Source of the DNA: Euryarchaeota archaeon UBA462 | Lineage (GTDB): Archaea; Thermoplasmatota; Poseidoniia; Poseidoniales; Thalassarchaeaceae | Direction: 5' to 3' | Assembly: GCA_002506755.1 (NCBI GenBank) | Contig: DAYD01000016.1 | Span: 2,853 to 66,852, forward strand | Length of the DNA stretch: 64,000 nt | In this document: piece by piece, positions 46,982 through 56,520 of the stretch | Numbering within the stretch: the first letter of the stretch is position 1 | Layout: each line of letters starts with the position of its first letter | Position numbers and translations under genes: made by a program | The notes under the pieces: model-generated | Database searches by the model: none | Seen by the model: only the letters and a program-made list of their open reading frames with translations | What the model was told of the DNA's origin: nothing

Positions 46982-48898
46982 ATGAGATTAACACTACCGG
47001 AAATAAAAAAGAAGGTATCCAAGATCATACCAGAATATATTGAGTATGAGGTCTCTCTGGAAGCTGGATCAATCTCCATCATCACCAAACAACCCGGCGA
47101 ATTCTCGGGAGGCGGTGAAAACCTAACTGTAAAAATCGCCAAATCAATCAAGAGGAGGATAGTAGTTAGGCCCCACACCGATATATTATCTCCGGAGGCA
47201 GAAGTACATGATGCTGTAAACCGGTTAATCCCTCCTACTGCTGAAGTCAGAAACGTTTGGCTCGATCCGGCTCTGAATGAGATAATACTGGAATGCGATG
47301 ACCCCGCTGCTGCGGTCGGGCCAAAAGGCGCGAATATTCACGCTTTACGAGATGAAGTAGGCTGGCTTGTAAAAGTAGAACGAGCCCCTGCAAGAGAAAG
47401 CAGAACACAACACGATATCAGGCGCTACAGGAAGGAGAATGCAGAAGAAAGAAGATCTTTGCTAAGAAAATTCGGTACAAGGATATATCGCCAACAAAGG
47501 CCGGGAGAGCCTTGGGTAAGAGTCACCGCGTTGGGATCCTACAGGGAAGTCGGGAGAGCCATGCATCTTGTCACTACGAACGAATCAAAGGTTTTAGTTG
47601 ACGTTGGAGCCAAACCCACGAACAATATCAGCGAGGTTCAACCATTCTTCGCAGCTCCTGAACTCCTACCTTTGGACAACCTTGATGCTGTGATAATTAC
47701 TCACGCGCATGTTGATCACATCGGAATGCTCCCTGTTCTTTTCAGGTACGGATACAGAGGTCCTGTCTACTGTACTCCTCCAACCAGGGATCTAATGACC
47801 CTATTGCAGATTGATTACATCAAAGTCTCACAGGCCGAAGGCAATGAGCCTCCTTATTCCAAAGCAGACATACAAGAATGCATCAAACATGTCGTTGATG
47901 TCAACTGGGGTGATAAAACCGACATAGCGCCTGATGTCAAGATGACGATGGAGAATGCCGGCCACATTTTAGGTTCTTCAAGTGTCTACATGCAGATTGG
48001 CGAAGGCAAGTCAGAGCACAAGCTTCTCTTCTCTGGAGACATAAAGTACGAAAAATCGTGGCTGTTTGACGCAGCCACAGTCCGTTTCCCGAAGGTAGAC
48101 ACGTTAGTGATTGAATCAACCTATGGTGGACCCCAAAGCATTCAACCCACAAGACAACAAGCTAGCCAAGAGCTTCAGGACCTAGTGACTGACGCCCTCA
48201 ATAGGAAGGGCAAAATTTTCTGCCCTGTATTTGCAGTTGGTAGATCTCAAGAGGTCATGCTTGCAATAGATGAACTATTCAAATCCGGTAGAGTACCTCC
48301 CGTTACCGTGTGGCTCGATGGTATGATTAGTGAAGCAACTGCGATCCATTCCAGCCACCCTAATTTCCTAAACAGGGATCTCAAAAAGAGGATGCTCAAA
48401 GGGGGAGATCAGAATCCATTCAATTCGAAATGGTTCAAACAAGTGGATTCAAGGGAGCTTCGTGAATCGATTCTATTGGACCCTAGCCCCTGTATTGTGT
48501 TAGCTACAAGCGGTATGATGACCGGAGGGCCAATAATCGAGTACCTGAAGCACTGGGCTCCTGAACCTGCGAACACCCTTTGTTTCGTGGGCTACCAAGC
48601 TTCTGGAACTCTTGGAAGAAGGCTACAGGAGGGCCATTCCCATGTACCACTTATGGATAAGGGGCAGACCCTAATGCTCGACGTAAATTGCAACATGGTC
48701 ATCATTGATGGCTTCAGTGGTCATTCAGACAGGAACCAATTGGTAGATTATGTGGCTGCACTAAATCCTACCCCTAGGAAAATTATTTGCCACCACGGGG
48801 ACCCACAAACTTGTAATCAGTTCAGAATGGGACTGAGAGAGAAATTCAAGGTCCAGACATACGCCCCTGCCAACCTTGAGACGCTTAGGCTATCTTGA
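46982..48898 (+). CDS. archaeal CPSF-like RNase (aCPSF1: KH domains + metallo-beta-lactamase + beta-CASP)
   Basis: N-terminal KH region. HxHxDH motif (IITHAHVDHIG). Beta-CASP and C-terminal His motifs. 638 aa. Confidence 0.85.
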   Translation: MRLTLPEIKKKVSKIIPEYIEYEVSLEAGSISIITKQPGEFSGGGENLTVKIAKSIKRRIVVRPHTDILSPEAEVHDAVNRLIPPTAEVRNVWLDPALNEIILECDDPAAAVGPKGANIHALRDEVGWLVKVERAPARESRTQHDIRRYRKENAEERRSLLRKFGTRIYRQQRPGEPWVRVTALGSYREVGRAMHLVTTNESKVLVDVGAKPTNNISEVQPFFAAPELLPLDNLDAVIITHAHVDHIGMLPVLFRYGYRGPVYCTPPTRDLMTLLQIDYIKVSQAEGNEPPYSKADIQECIKHVVDVNWGDKTDIAPDVKMTMENAGHILGSSSVYMQIGEGKSEHKLLFSGDIKYEKSWLFDAATVRFPKVDTLVIESTYGGPQSIQPTRQQASQELQDLVTDALNRKGKIFCPVFAVGRSQEVMLAIDELFKSGRVPPVTVWLDGMISEATAIHSSHPNFLNRDLKKRMLKGGDQNPFNSKWFKQVDSRELRESILLDPSPCIVLATSGMMTGGPIIEYLKHWAPEPANTLCFVGYQASGTLGRRLQEGHSHVPLMDKGQTLMLDVNCNMVIIDGFSGHSDRNQLVDYVAALNPTPRKIICHHGDPQTCNQFRMGLREKFKVQTYAPANLETLRLS

Positions 48899-48914
48899 AG
48901 GACTATCAATATAG

Positions 48915-49355
48915 GTGGACTTCATGGAAAACCCATGGTTCCTCATGATATGCTCTTGTGGCAGATACTTTGGTAGAAAAATGGGACAAAACACCAATTG
49001 TCCTATGTGCGATTCAACCAGTAGCAAGCAGGTCGAGAAATATCCAGACCCGATGTCACTAGCAAAAGCAGTTTCACAAGCAAATCTGCCGGAAGCAATA
49101 TCCAAAGAATTAATGGAGAAAGAAACAAAGAAATTTCATAGAAAGAAAGATAACATGAATGGCGGAAAGAACAATTTCCTGATTTCCGCAATGAAAAGAT
49201 CGACAGACCAAGATGGGACATTAACTATGGATTCCTTAGTATCAGAGCTTAGATCGTCTGGCTCTGATGAGGTTTCAGCTGAACTCCTCATAGGTCAAGC
49301 AGAACTGGAAGGGATGTTGATCAAAACCGGCCGAAAATCTTGGAAATGGCTCTAG
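48915..49355 (+). CDS. zinc-ribbon protein, unknown function
   Basis: N-terminal CSCG...CPMC ribbon, Lys-rich linker, C-terminal helical domain. Immediately downstream of aCPSF1. Confidence 0.35.
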   Translation: MDFMENPWFLMICSCGRYFGRKMGQNTNCPMCDSTSSKQVEKYPDPMSLAKAVSQANLPEAISKELMEKETKKFHRKKDNMNGGKNNFLISAMKRSTDQDGTLTMDSLVSELRSSGSDEVSAELLIGQAELEGMLIKTGRKSWKWL

Positions 49356-49392
49356 CAAAGTTCTTCATACCAACACCATGGGTTTTTCTTTG

Positions 49393-49470
49393 GGGCCTGT
49401 GGGTTAGTCTGGTCTATGCTTGTTGGTTTGGGACCAATAGACCCTGGTTCAAATCCAGGCAGGCCCACCA
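49393..49470 (+). tRNA. tRNA-Pro (anticodon UGG), CCA encoded
   Basis: Acceptor stem GGGCCUG/CAGGCCC. T-arm CCUGG-UUCAAAU-CCAGG. Anticodon arm GUUGG-UUUGGGA-CCAAU (U33, anticodon UGG, G37). Discriminator A then CCA in the genome. D-arm pairing is non-canonical by hand folding. Confidence 0.55.
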
Positions 49471-49715
49471 CTTCTCTGCTTCGAACTCATCGAGATCCAA
49501 GAAATCGTGGCAGGACTTGCACACCATTACCACCCTCAGAGGTGGCACGACAGACCTCGCTACGTTCAAACGAAGCACCCCCATTTGGAAGCATGGCGGT
49601 CAGGAGCGGGACCAAGGAGGAATTGTTCGACTCCCCGATCAAATCCGAAGAGCCTCCTGCAGATGAGGAATCCGTCAAGAAGGACATGTCTTTTTGGACC
49701 GAGGATGAGTGATTC

Positions 49716-49913
49716 ATGTCCGACTCTAACGATGGATGGATAATAACTGCTTATCGATTCTTTCAGGGATTGACTGCCGGTATAGGAGCCACAGTTGGCA
49801 TACCGATAATAGGCGATTACTTCTTCGGAACCTGGGGTTTCTTTTCTGGCGTTGTCATTGGTTTTTACGTCCTGTGGTGGATTCTTCGTAATTTGCGCGT
49901 AGTGAACTCTTAG
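49716..49913 (+). CDS. possible small membrane protein
   Basis: 65-aa ORF with two hydrophobic segments (GIGATVGIPIIGDYFFGTWGFFSGVVIGFYVLWWIL). No homology recognised. Confidence 0.2.
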   Translation: MSDSNDGWIITAYRFFQGLTAGIGATVGIPIIGDYFFGTWGFFSGVVIGFYVLWWILRNLRVVNS

Positions 49914-50060
49914 CCTCGTTCCCTACCAATCTTTCAAGTCTGGCACCCCCACAGCTGGATATGGACATAAGGCCGATATTGAACTGGGGGAGGATAGTAA
50001 TAATCATCCTGTTAATTGGTCTCGTGGCCTATACTAGAACATCCATGCTAAGGTAGGGCA

Positions 50061-50080
50061 ATTAGGAAAGGTAATATCCC
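50061..50080 (+). promoter_or_regulatory. putative BRE/TATA element for leaderless archaellin transcript
   Basis: aggaaaGGTAATATccc centred ~25-30 nt upstream of the archaellin ATG at 50100. Spacing fits an archaeal leaderless mRNA. Confidence 0.25.
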
Positions 50081-50099
50081 ATTTCACCAGAGTAATGGT

Positions 50100-50951
50100 A
50101 TGGGCAATCGCCATTTTCAATCCGGTTCCATAGGAATTGGGGCGATGATTGTATTCATCGCACTGATTTTAGTTGCGGCAGTAGCCTCTACGATTGTGAT
50201 TTCAACAGTTGAGAAGCTGAATCAATCGTCAGAGAGTGCATCGGATGATGTCAAGAACCAACTTTCTACTAAAATGGAAATTGAGAGCCTAATACTCACT
50301 CAACCATCATGCAGTGCAGAATTATTCCAAGATGCCGGATTTGGTGGTGCATGGTCCACGGTCTTCACAACTGGCGATTATGACAATGATGCTTTCCTTG
50401 CTGCGGGTGCTGTCGATAACGACGCCTCATCAATAATCGTAGAAGAGGGTTGCAGGATAATCATGTACGAAGGAAACAATTTCGACGGAGCCTGGGAGGC
50501 GCATCTAGACGCAGGAAACCAAAACCTAGCCGAAATCCAAGCTGCAGGAGGAGCCAATGACCAAGTGTCTTCCATCAAAGTAAGAGGATTCGGAGTGATG
50601 GCTATTATGAAGCCTGGATCCGGATCTGGGGATATAATGGTTCAAGATATTACATGGTCAATATCATGCAGGAATGGTACAAAAGTAGACTTCGACTCAG
50701 AAAACATAGTAGAATCCGGCTCAAGGATGTTGGATGGTATGAACACCGAAGGAATAGATGCCGACTTTGTGCCCGGGGAATTCATTTCTTATGGCGATTA
50801 TATTCGTGTTCCAATGATTTGGATGAATTGCGCACCTGAGCTTGGGGATAGATTGGAGCTATACGTCCACGTCCAAAACGGTGACTCCCTGATGAAGCTA
50901 ATTAACGTTCAACATTTAGACAGAGGGAAAGATTTCCTATTTGACCCTTGA
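50100..50951 (+). CDS. archaellin (FlaB/ArlB-type; class III signal peptide)
   Basis: MGNRHFQSGSIGIGAMIVFIALILVAAVASTIVISTVEKLNQSSE matches the archaellin N-terminal domain (…[22 protein letters not shown]…), followed by a variable ~200-aa domain. Confidence 0.65.
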   Translation: MGNRHFQSGSIGIGAMIVFIALILVAAVASTIVISTVEKLNQSSESASDDVKNQLSTKMEIESLILTQPSCSAELFQDAGFGGAWSTVFTTGDYDNDAFLAAGAVDNDASSIIVEEGCRIIMYEGNNFDGAWEAHLDAGNQNLAEIQAAGGANDQVSSIKVRGFGVMAIMKPGSGSGDIMVQDITWSISCRNGTKVDFDSENIVESGSRMLDGMNTEGIDADFVPGEFISYGDYIRVPMIWMNCAPELGDRLELYVHVQNGDSLMKLINVQHLDRGKDFLFDP

Positions 50952-51728
50952 ATAATATTTTTTGATCGCCTCTATGTCAAACATAGAAACTGCAATATTA
51001 AGTGCTTGATCGGGTGCAAACCAACCTACTTCCTCAATTTCGTCTTCTTTTGGCGTTATCTCTTGCCCATTCAAGTCAGTTTCGCAAGTATAAGTGAAAG
51101 AAACCCAATTAATGCCCTGTTCATTGAAAATTGCCGTTTGAACATACGCGTGGTCATCCCCCTGAATAACTGTGCCAAGCTCCCCGAGTGGGTCCGGGAT
51201 GTCAATATCTACTCCAACTTCTTCAAATGCTTCTCTCTTCGCTGCCTCCCTAGGGTGTTCTGAATAATCCACAAAACCACCAGGCAATGTCCAACATCCG
51301 GTGAAGAAACCTCTGGACACCTTGGCCATCAGAATCTCTTCTTTTGAATTAGAGATTATCACCTTGCTGACTACTCTATGCAATGTGGTGTAAACTGACT
51401 CTCTAGCTACGGGATCTACACAACTATCGCTTATAACCCAGTCTTTCCAAGCCCAGTTTTGGGGCCAAGAAATTAATGGTGTGCCATATGTTATCACATG
51501 TTCCTTATCCATCAGATTAATCCTGTTCACTCTTTTTACTTCCCATTTTATCCCCAATGCACGGGCTTCTTCAGGACTTGGTAGCCTAAATATAGAGCCA
51601 TCTGGACAAAATTCCCTGCCCCTAACTGGTATTTGCGGGCCGTTCCCAAATTTATCAACAAGTAGAATTTTACCATCATGCTCTAGATGAAGATATTCAG
51701 TAGCCACGACACCTCTACTCCATGCCAT
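50937..51728 (-). CDS. NUDIX hydrolase with ~130-aa N-terminal domain
   Basis: Nudix box GGFVDYSEHPREAAKREAFEEVG in the C-terminal half. Confidence 0.7.
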   Translation of the reverse strand: MAWSRGVVATEYLHLEHDGKILLVDKFGNGPQIPVRGREFCPDGSIFRLPSPEEARALGIKWEVKRVNRINLMDKEHVITYGTPLISWPQNWAWKDWVISDSCVDPVARESVYTTLHRVVSKVIISNSKEEILMAKVSRGFFTGCWTLPGGFVDYSEHPREAAKREAFEEVGVDIDIPDPLGELGTVIQGDDHAYVQTAIFNEQGINWVSFTYTCETDLNGQEITPKEDEIEEVGWFAPDQALNIAVSMFDIEAIKKYYSRVK

Positions 51729-51741
51729 TAATCGCCTTGGC

Positions 51742-52680
51742 CTAATATCCTAAAATTGAGCTTAATTGCTCCTTGTAGAATGTTCCAGATCGTTGAAGAC
51801 TTTCCAACTCCATTTCCTCCAATTCAAGCTCTAGAATCCTATCAACACCATTGCTGTCAAGCACTACTGGAACTCCAATGTATATGTCTTTCATCCCATA
51901 TTGTCCAGTTAAGTAAGCACTACAAGGAAGTACTCTCTTTCTGCCATCCAAAATTGACTCGGCCATAATCGCTGCCGCACTGCCCGGGGCATAGAATGCA
52001 CTACCCTTCTCAAGTAATTTCACGATCTCTCCACCACCTCCAGCAGTTCTTTCGCATATTGATTGTATTTCCTTTTCCGTAAGAAGTTGTCTGATTGGGA
52101 TTCCGTTGACCGTTGTGTAATTGGGTAAGGGGACCATAGTATCCCCATGACCCCCAAGAACCATAGCCTGCACATCTTCATTGCTGCATCCGACGGCTTC
52201 TGCAATGAAATGTGTCATTCTCGCACTATCGAGTATGCCAGCCTGACCAACTATTCGCCCATGATCGAAACCCGTAATCTTCTGCATATGATAGGTCATC
52301 AGATCCAACGGATTCGTGACCATAACCACAACAGAATCGGGCGCATGATCCTTGATTCCATTACCTACCTGTGTGATAATATCAGCATTTTTGCCAATTA
52401 AGTCCTCTCTGGTCATTCCGGGTTGTCGGGGGAAACCAGATGTGACTACAACTACATCAGAGTCAGCAATATCCGCATAGTCTTTGGTACCAGTGACACG
52501 ACCATCATAATTGAGTACTCTGCCACCTTGGCTCATATCCAGAGCCTTTCCTTTAGCAAACCCCTCAAATATGTCTAGTAGGACTATCTCCCCCACCTTT
52601 CGCTCAGCTAGAACAAAGGCGCATGTAGCTCCTACGTTCCCTGCACCGATTACCGCAACTTTCCTTGCTCCATTTACCAT
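51742..52680 (-). CDS. mdh: malate (L-lactate-family) dehydrogenase
   Basis: KVAVIGAGNVGATCAFVLA Rossmann start and catalytic GGHGDTMVPL region. Internal ATG at 52680 (MVNGARKVAVIG) is preferred over the track start 52752, which would overlap the neighbouring + gene. Confidence 0.85.
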   Translation of the reverse strand: MVNGARKVAVIGAGNVGATCAFVLAERKVGEIVLLDIFEGFAKGKALDMSQGGRVLNYDGRVTGTKDYADIADSDVVVVTSGFPRQPGMTREDLIGKNADIITQVGNGIKDHAPDSVVVMVTNPLDLMTYHMQKITGFDHGRIVGQAGILDSARMTHFIAEAVGCSNEDVQAMVLGGHGDTMVPLPNYTTVNGIPIRQLLTEKEIQSICERTAGGGGEIVKLLEKGSAFYAPGSAAAIMAESILDGRKRVLPCSAYLTGQYGMKDIYIGVPVVLDSNGVDRILELELEEMELESLQRSGTFYKEQLSSILGY

Positions 52681-52768
52681 ACCTTTCGCAACACATACCC
52701 GTCTTAGCACTTTGCGGGCAACTGCGTCCGGCGGGGTAAATATATGTCCCACTTTTTACGGACTATGG

Positions 52769-53455
52769 ATGGGTAAAGCAAAAGGTGCAATTTTACCGTT
52801 GATCTTAGTATCATTCGTGCCATCAATATCAATTTTGTTCACATTGAAATTTAATACGGATCCAATAATTTCCCAGACATTTTTCATAGTCTGTAAGATT
52901 TGGTTATTGTTTGTACCTGCATATTGGTATCTCAAGATTGAAGGGAATACCTACGCAAAATCATTGCCTCAAAAAGAAGGAATTACCATGGCGTTGATTA
53001 CAGGTTTTTTAATGTCAGTAATCATACTCTTTTCCTGGTTCTTGTTCGAGGATACCATAGATACGGACTCAATGATTGCTCGATTGGAATCGACGGGACT
53101 TACAGATATTCACATATATCTTGCAGCGATGTTATACTGGATCTTCCTCAATAGCCTCCTCGAGGAATATTTATTCAGATGGTTTGTGACAACTAAGGCT
53201 ATAGATCTCGTCGGAAACGAAATTAGGGGAATTTTCCTTTCAGCATCGCTATTTACCCTACATCATGCGATTGCCCTACACCTTTATGGATTTGTTTGGT
53301 GGCAAACACTGATCGCATGCTTCGGTCTAATTTCAGCTGCGGGGATATGGTCTTGGCTTTATGTGAAGTATAGGTCAATCTTGGTGTGTTGGATATCTCA
53401 TGCAATTTGCGACGTTGTTGTATTTGGTTTGGGATATTTCATAATTTTCACATAA
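52769..53455 (+). CDS. CPBP-family intramembrane glutamic metalloprotease (CAAX protease-like)
   Basis: EEYLFRWF (EExxxR), FTLHHAIA (FxxxH), ISHAICD (HxxxD/N) motifs. Internal ATG 52769 is chosen because the track N-terminus overlaps mdh. Confidence 0.65.
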   Translation: MGKAKGAILPLILVSFVPSISILFTLKFNTDPIISQTFFIVCKIWLLFVPAYWYLKIEGNTYAKSLPQKEGITMALITGFLMSVIILFSWFLFEDTIDTDSMIARLESTGLTDIHIYLAAMLYWIFLNSLLEEYLFRWFVTTKAIDLVGNEIRGIFLSASLFTLHHAIALHLYGFVWWQTLIACFGLISAAGIWSWLYVKYRSILVCWISHAICDVVVFGLGYFIIFT

Positions 53456-53466
53456 ATCATTTGAAG

Positions 53467-53485
53467 CCGTCGAGCCGACGGTTTC
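53467..53485 (+). terminator. hairpin + T-tract downstream of CPBP gene (terminator candidate)
   Basis: CCGTCG-agc-CGACGG perfect 6-bp stem followed by TTTC. Lies in the 82-nt gap before pntAA. Confidence 0.2.
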
Positions 53486-53537
53486 AATAATGGCATTCAT
53501 TTGGACTAAATGTACATAAATGTTGGAGTGAAAAATT

Positions 53538-54701
53538 GTGCGAATAGGTGTGCTAAAAGAACCCACTATTGAGAATAGAGTTTCTTTGGTTCCGGAATCC
53601 GTTAAGAAACTCCAAAAAGTTGGATTCGAGGTAGTCGTTGAATCTGATGCAGGATTAAATTCCCACAATAGTGACGATGATTATCTGAAAGCAGGTGCTT
53701 CGGTTTCTACAAGATCAGAAGCAATGTCGTGTGAAGTTGTAATTTGCATCTCTCCCCCTGATGTCTCAAAAATGGATGCTGGTCAAGTACTAGTATGCGT
53801 AGCAGACCCTTTCAGAAATCCTGACAATGTCAGAGTTGCTGCTTCTAAGCAAATTACCCTGATGAGTATGGACATGATCCCTAGAAGACTTTCACGAGCT
53901 CAGGCTATGGATGTAAATTCTAGCCAAGATAATCTCGCGGGATACAAAGCAGTACTAATTGGCGCTGCTCATGTCCCGAGGGGAATTCCTATGATGACGA
54001 CCAGTGCTGGAACAGTTCGTCCATGTAAGTTTGTAATTATGGGGTCGGGGGTTGCCGGACTTCAGGCCATTGCAACAGCAAAAAGACTGGGGGCAATTGT
54101 TTATGCCTCGGATGTAAGAAAATCTGCCGCTGAACAAATCGAATCTGTTGGTGGCAGGTTCATTGAGGTCGATGGGATGGATGACTTTGAGGATGAGTCG
54201 GGTTATGCAAAACCACTTACTCCTGAATTTATACAAAAGGTCAATGACACTGTTTGTGAAGTTGCATCAGATGCTGACGTTATAGTGACTACCGCTAGGA
54301 TTTTCGGCAGGCCAGCACCAATTACTGTCCCCTCTACCGCAATTGCTACCTTCAAGGCAGGATCGGTTGTAGTGGATATGAATGCGGACGTAGGCGGAAA
54401 CTGTGAAATCACGAGGCCCGGAGAGGTCTACACGACAGATAATGGTGTGACAATAGTTGGCACCACTAATTTACCGGGGGAGCTTGCATCAACCGCTAGT
54501 ATGCTTTATTCGAACAATATGACCACATTCGTATCCACGTTAGTACGGGAAGGGGAGCTATTCATTGACCTAGAAGACGAAGTTTTGGTCGGGGCTTCGG
54601 AGGGCAGCGAGTTCTATGTTATGGGAATGGGGGGCGTATTACTATGTCATGATGGCAATATTCATGATAATCAAACCCGACTGATGGAGGTTTTCAAATG
54701 A
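53538..54701 (+). CDS. pntAA: NAD(P) transhydrogenase subunit alpha part 1 (PntAA, dI domain)
   Basis: Alanine-dehydrogenase/PNT N- and C-domains. Dinucleotide motif IMGSGVAGLQAIATAKRLGA. GTG start. Confidence 0.85.
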   Translation: MRIGVLKEPTIENRVSLVPESVKKLQKVGFEVVVESDAGLNSHNSDDDYLKAGASVSTRSEAMSCEVVICISPPDVSKMDAGQVLVCVADPFRNPDNVRVAASKQITLMSMDMIPRRLSRAQAMDVNSSQDNLAGYKAVLIGAAHVPRGIPMMTTSAGTVRPCKFVIMGSGVAGLQAIATAKRLGAIVYASDVRKSAAEQIESVGGRFIEVDGMDDFEDESGYAKPLTPEFIQKVNDTVCEVASDADVIVTTARIFGRPAPITVPSTAIATFKAGSVVVDMNADVGGNCEITRPGEVYTTDNGVTIVGTTNLPGELASTASMLYSNNMTTFVSTLVREGELFIDLEDEVLVGASEGSEFYVMGMGGVLLCHDGNIHDNQTRLMEVFK

Positions 54702-55009
54702 CACTAACATTAGCCGCCTTAGTAGCTAGCATAACTGTATTTGTATTGGCAATATTCCTAGGCTTCGAATTAATTAGTAAGGTGCCACCAACACTACACA
54801 CACCTCTAATGTCTGGTGCAAATGCAATATCTGGAATCACAATAGTGGGTGCGTTGATCCTTTCCAATAGCGAATTCAATAACGGTAATCCCGGTATTGC
54901 TGCTTGGCTCGCATTTCTTGCCTTAATTATGGCTACGATCAACGTAGTTGGAGGATTCATGGTGACCAACAGAATGTTAGAGATGATCGCTGGTAAAAAA
55001 AGGAAGTGA
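54698..55009 (+). CDS. pntAB: NAD(P) transhydrogenase subunit alpha part 2 (PntAB, membrane)
   Basis: 103-aa three-TM protein (…MSGANAISGITIVGALIL…) between pntAA and pntB. Confidence 0.8.
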   Translation: MTLTLAALVASITVFVLAIFLGFELISKVPPTLHTPLMSGANAISGITIVGALILSNSEFNNGNPGIAAWLAFLALIMATINVVGGFMVTNRMLEMIAGKKRK

Positions 55010-55013
55010 TATC

Positions 55014-56462
55014 GTGGTTGATTCAGTAGTATGGGATATTGGATATCTTGTATCCGCAGCGCTATTCATCCTCGGCATAAAGAGGCTATCAAGCCCCAAG
55101 ACGGCCCCACAAGGAAATCGGCTCGGAGCATACGGGATGTTCCTAGCCGTGGCGGTCACCATGGCTAAACTTTACAATGAAGGAATTATTGGTCTAGAGC
55201 TAATTTTTGGTGGACTTGTAATAGGTTCTGTAATTGGAATTCTAATGGCGACTAGGGTTGAAATGACGGGAATGCCAGAATTGGTTGCCCTATTCAACGG
55301 TTTTGGAGGGGGTGCGTCTGCACTCGTTGCACTATCTGAAGTCCTCAAGCGTATAGAGACCAATGAAATCCCGTTAGAAGGTACTGTTGAATTATATGCT
55401 ACATGGATAGCAATTGGGCTTTCTGGTCTGGTTGGATGGCTAACACTTACTGGAAGCCTTATGGCAATGGGCAAACTTAGGGGCGGATTTTACATACCAT
55501 TCACAAAAAAGGATGATAGAGGTAGAAGTAAATGGGTAAGCTTCCCTACTTGGGGGCCACCTTGGCTGAATTCTGTCAAGTCCATCCTACTAATAGCTGG
55601 AATTTCACTAATCTGGCTAAGTATCAATGACCCAACTAACAAGGACTTCGTTTACGCACTTGTTGCGACCTCTTCGATATTGGGGATATTGTTCGTAATA
55701 CCGATAGGTGGAGCAGACATGCCGGTTGTTGTAAGTTTACTAAATTCGATGTCTGGGATTGCGGCGGCATTCACTGGTTTTGTTATTGGGAATAATGTTC
55801 TCATCATTGCAGGCTCTATGGTCGGCGCTGCTGGCCTTATTTTGACATTCATAATGTGCAAAGCGATGAACCGAACATTGACCGCCGTTTTATTCAAATC
55901 GTTTGGAGGTGGTGGGAAGGAATCGGTCACTAGGACCAAGGTAGGTAGTGATCCCGAGGAAGTCGCAATGGTATGTGATGGTATAAGCAAATGCGTGATA
56001 ATTCCTGGTTATGGTATGGCAGTTAGCCAGGCCCAACACGCCGTGAAAGAGTTCGCTGATCTGCTTGAATCAGAAGGAGTGGAAGTGAAGTATGGGATAC
56101 ATCCGGTAGCAGGAAGGATGCCGGGTCATATGAATGTGTTATTGGCTGAAGCCAATGTTCCATATGAACAATTGATCGAAATGGATGACATAAACTCAGA
56201 GCTCCCAGAAACAGATGTAGCGTTAGTGATCGGGGCGAATGATACTGTAAATCCTGTAGCCAGAACTGGCGACGGACCATTAGGTGGCATGCCAATCATA
56301 GACGCCGACAAAGCTCGAGTTGTAGTCATAATCAAGAGAAGCCTTTCAGTGGGATATGCAGGAGTAGATAACGACCTCTTTTACGAAAATAAAACCATGA
56401 TGCTATTCGGTGATGGCAAGAAAATGATGAATGAGCTTAACGCCGCCATCAAGGAATTGTGA
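55014..56462 (+). CDS. pntB: NAD(P) transhydrogenase subunit beta (PntB)
   Basis: N-terminal polytopic domain. C-terminal dIII NADP(H)-binding domain (VIIPGYGMAVSQAQH, GANDTVNP). Confidence 0.9.
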   Translation: MVDSVVWDIGYLVSAALFILGIKRLSSPKTAPQGNRLGAYGMFLAVAVTMAKLYNEGIIGLELIFGGLVIGSVIGILMATRVEMTGMPELVALFNGFGGGASALVALSEVLKRIETNEIPLEGTVELYATWIAIGLSGLVGWLTLTGSLMAMGKLRGGFYIPFTKKDDRGRSKWVSFPTWGPPWLNSVKSILLIAGISLIWLSINDPTNKDFVYALVATSSILGILFVIPIGGADMPVVVSLLNSMSGIAAAFTGFVIGNNVLIIAGSMVGAAGLILTFIMCKAMNRTLTAVLFKSFGGGGKESVTRTKVGSDPEEVAMVCDGISKCVIIPGYGMAVSQAQHAVKEFADLLESEGVEVKYGIHPVAGRMPGHMNVLLAEANVPYEQLIEMDDINSELPETDVALVIGANDTVNPVARTGDGPLGGMPIIDADKARVVVIIKRSLSVGYAGVDNDLFYENKTMMLFGDGKKMMNELNAAIKEL

Positions 56463-56520
56463 GGAGTATTACCCCCAATTGTTATTTGACACCTTCAACC
56501 GAGTATGTATTGGTGGTATT

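Noticed and set aside
49340-49743. Four overlapping ORFs (76-108 aa) spanning the tRNA-Pro locus
   Set aside because: They overlap a structural RNA gene and each other, and are Pro/Arg/Ser-rich translations of GC-rich tRNA sequence. They are artefacts.
52681-52752. N-terminal extension of mdh and N-terminal 86 residues of the CPBP ORF (52511-52768)
   Set aside because: The extensions overlap each other divergently. Internal Mets give canonical MDH (MxxxxKVAVIGAG) and a signal-less CPBP of normal length.
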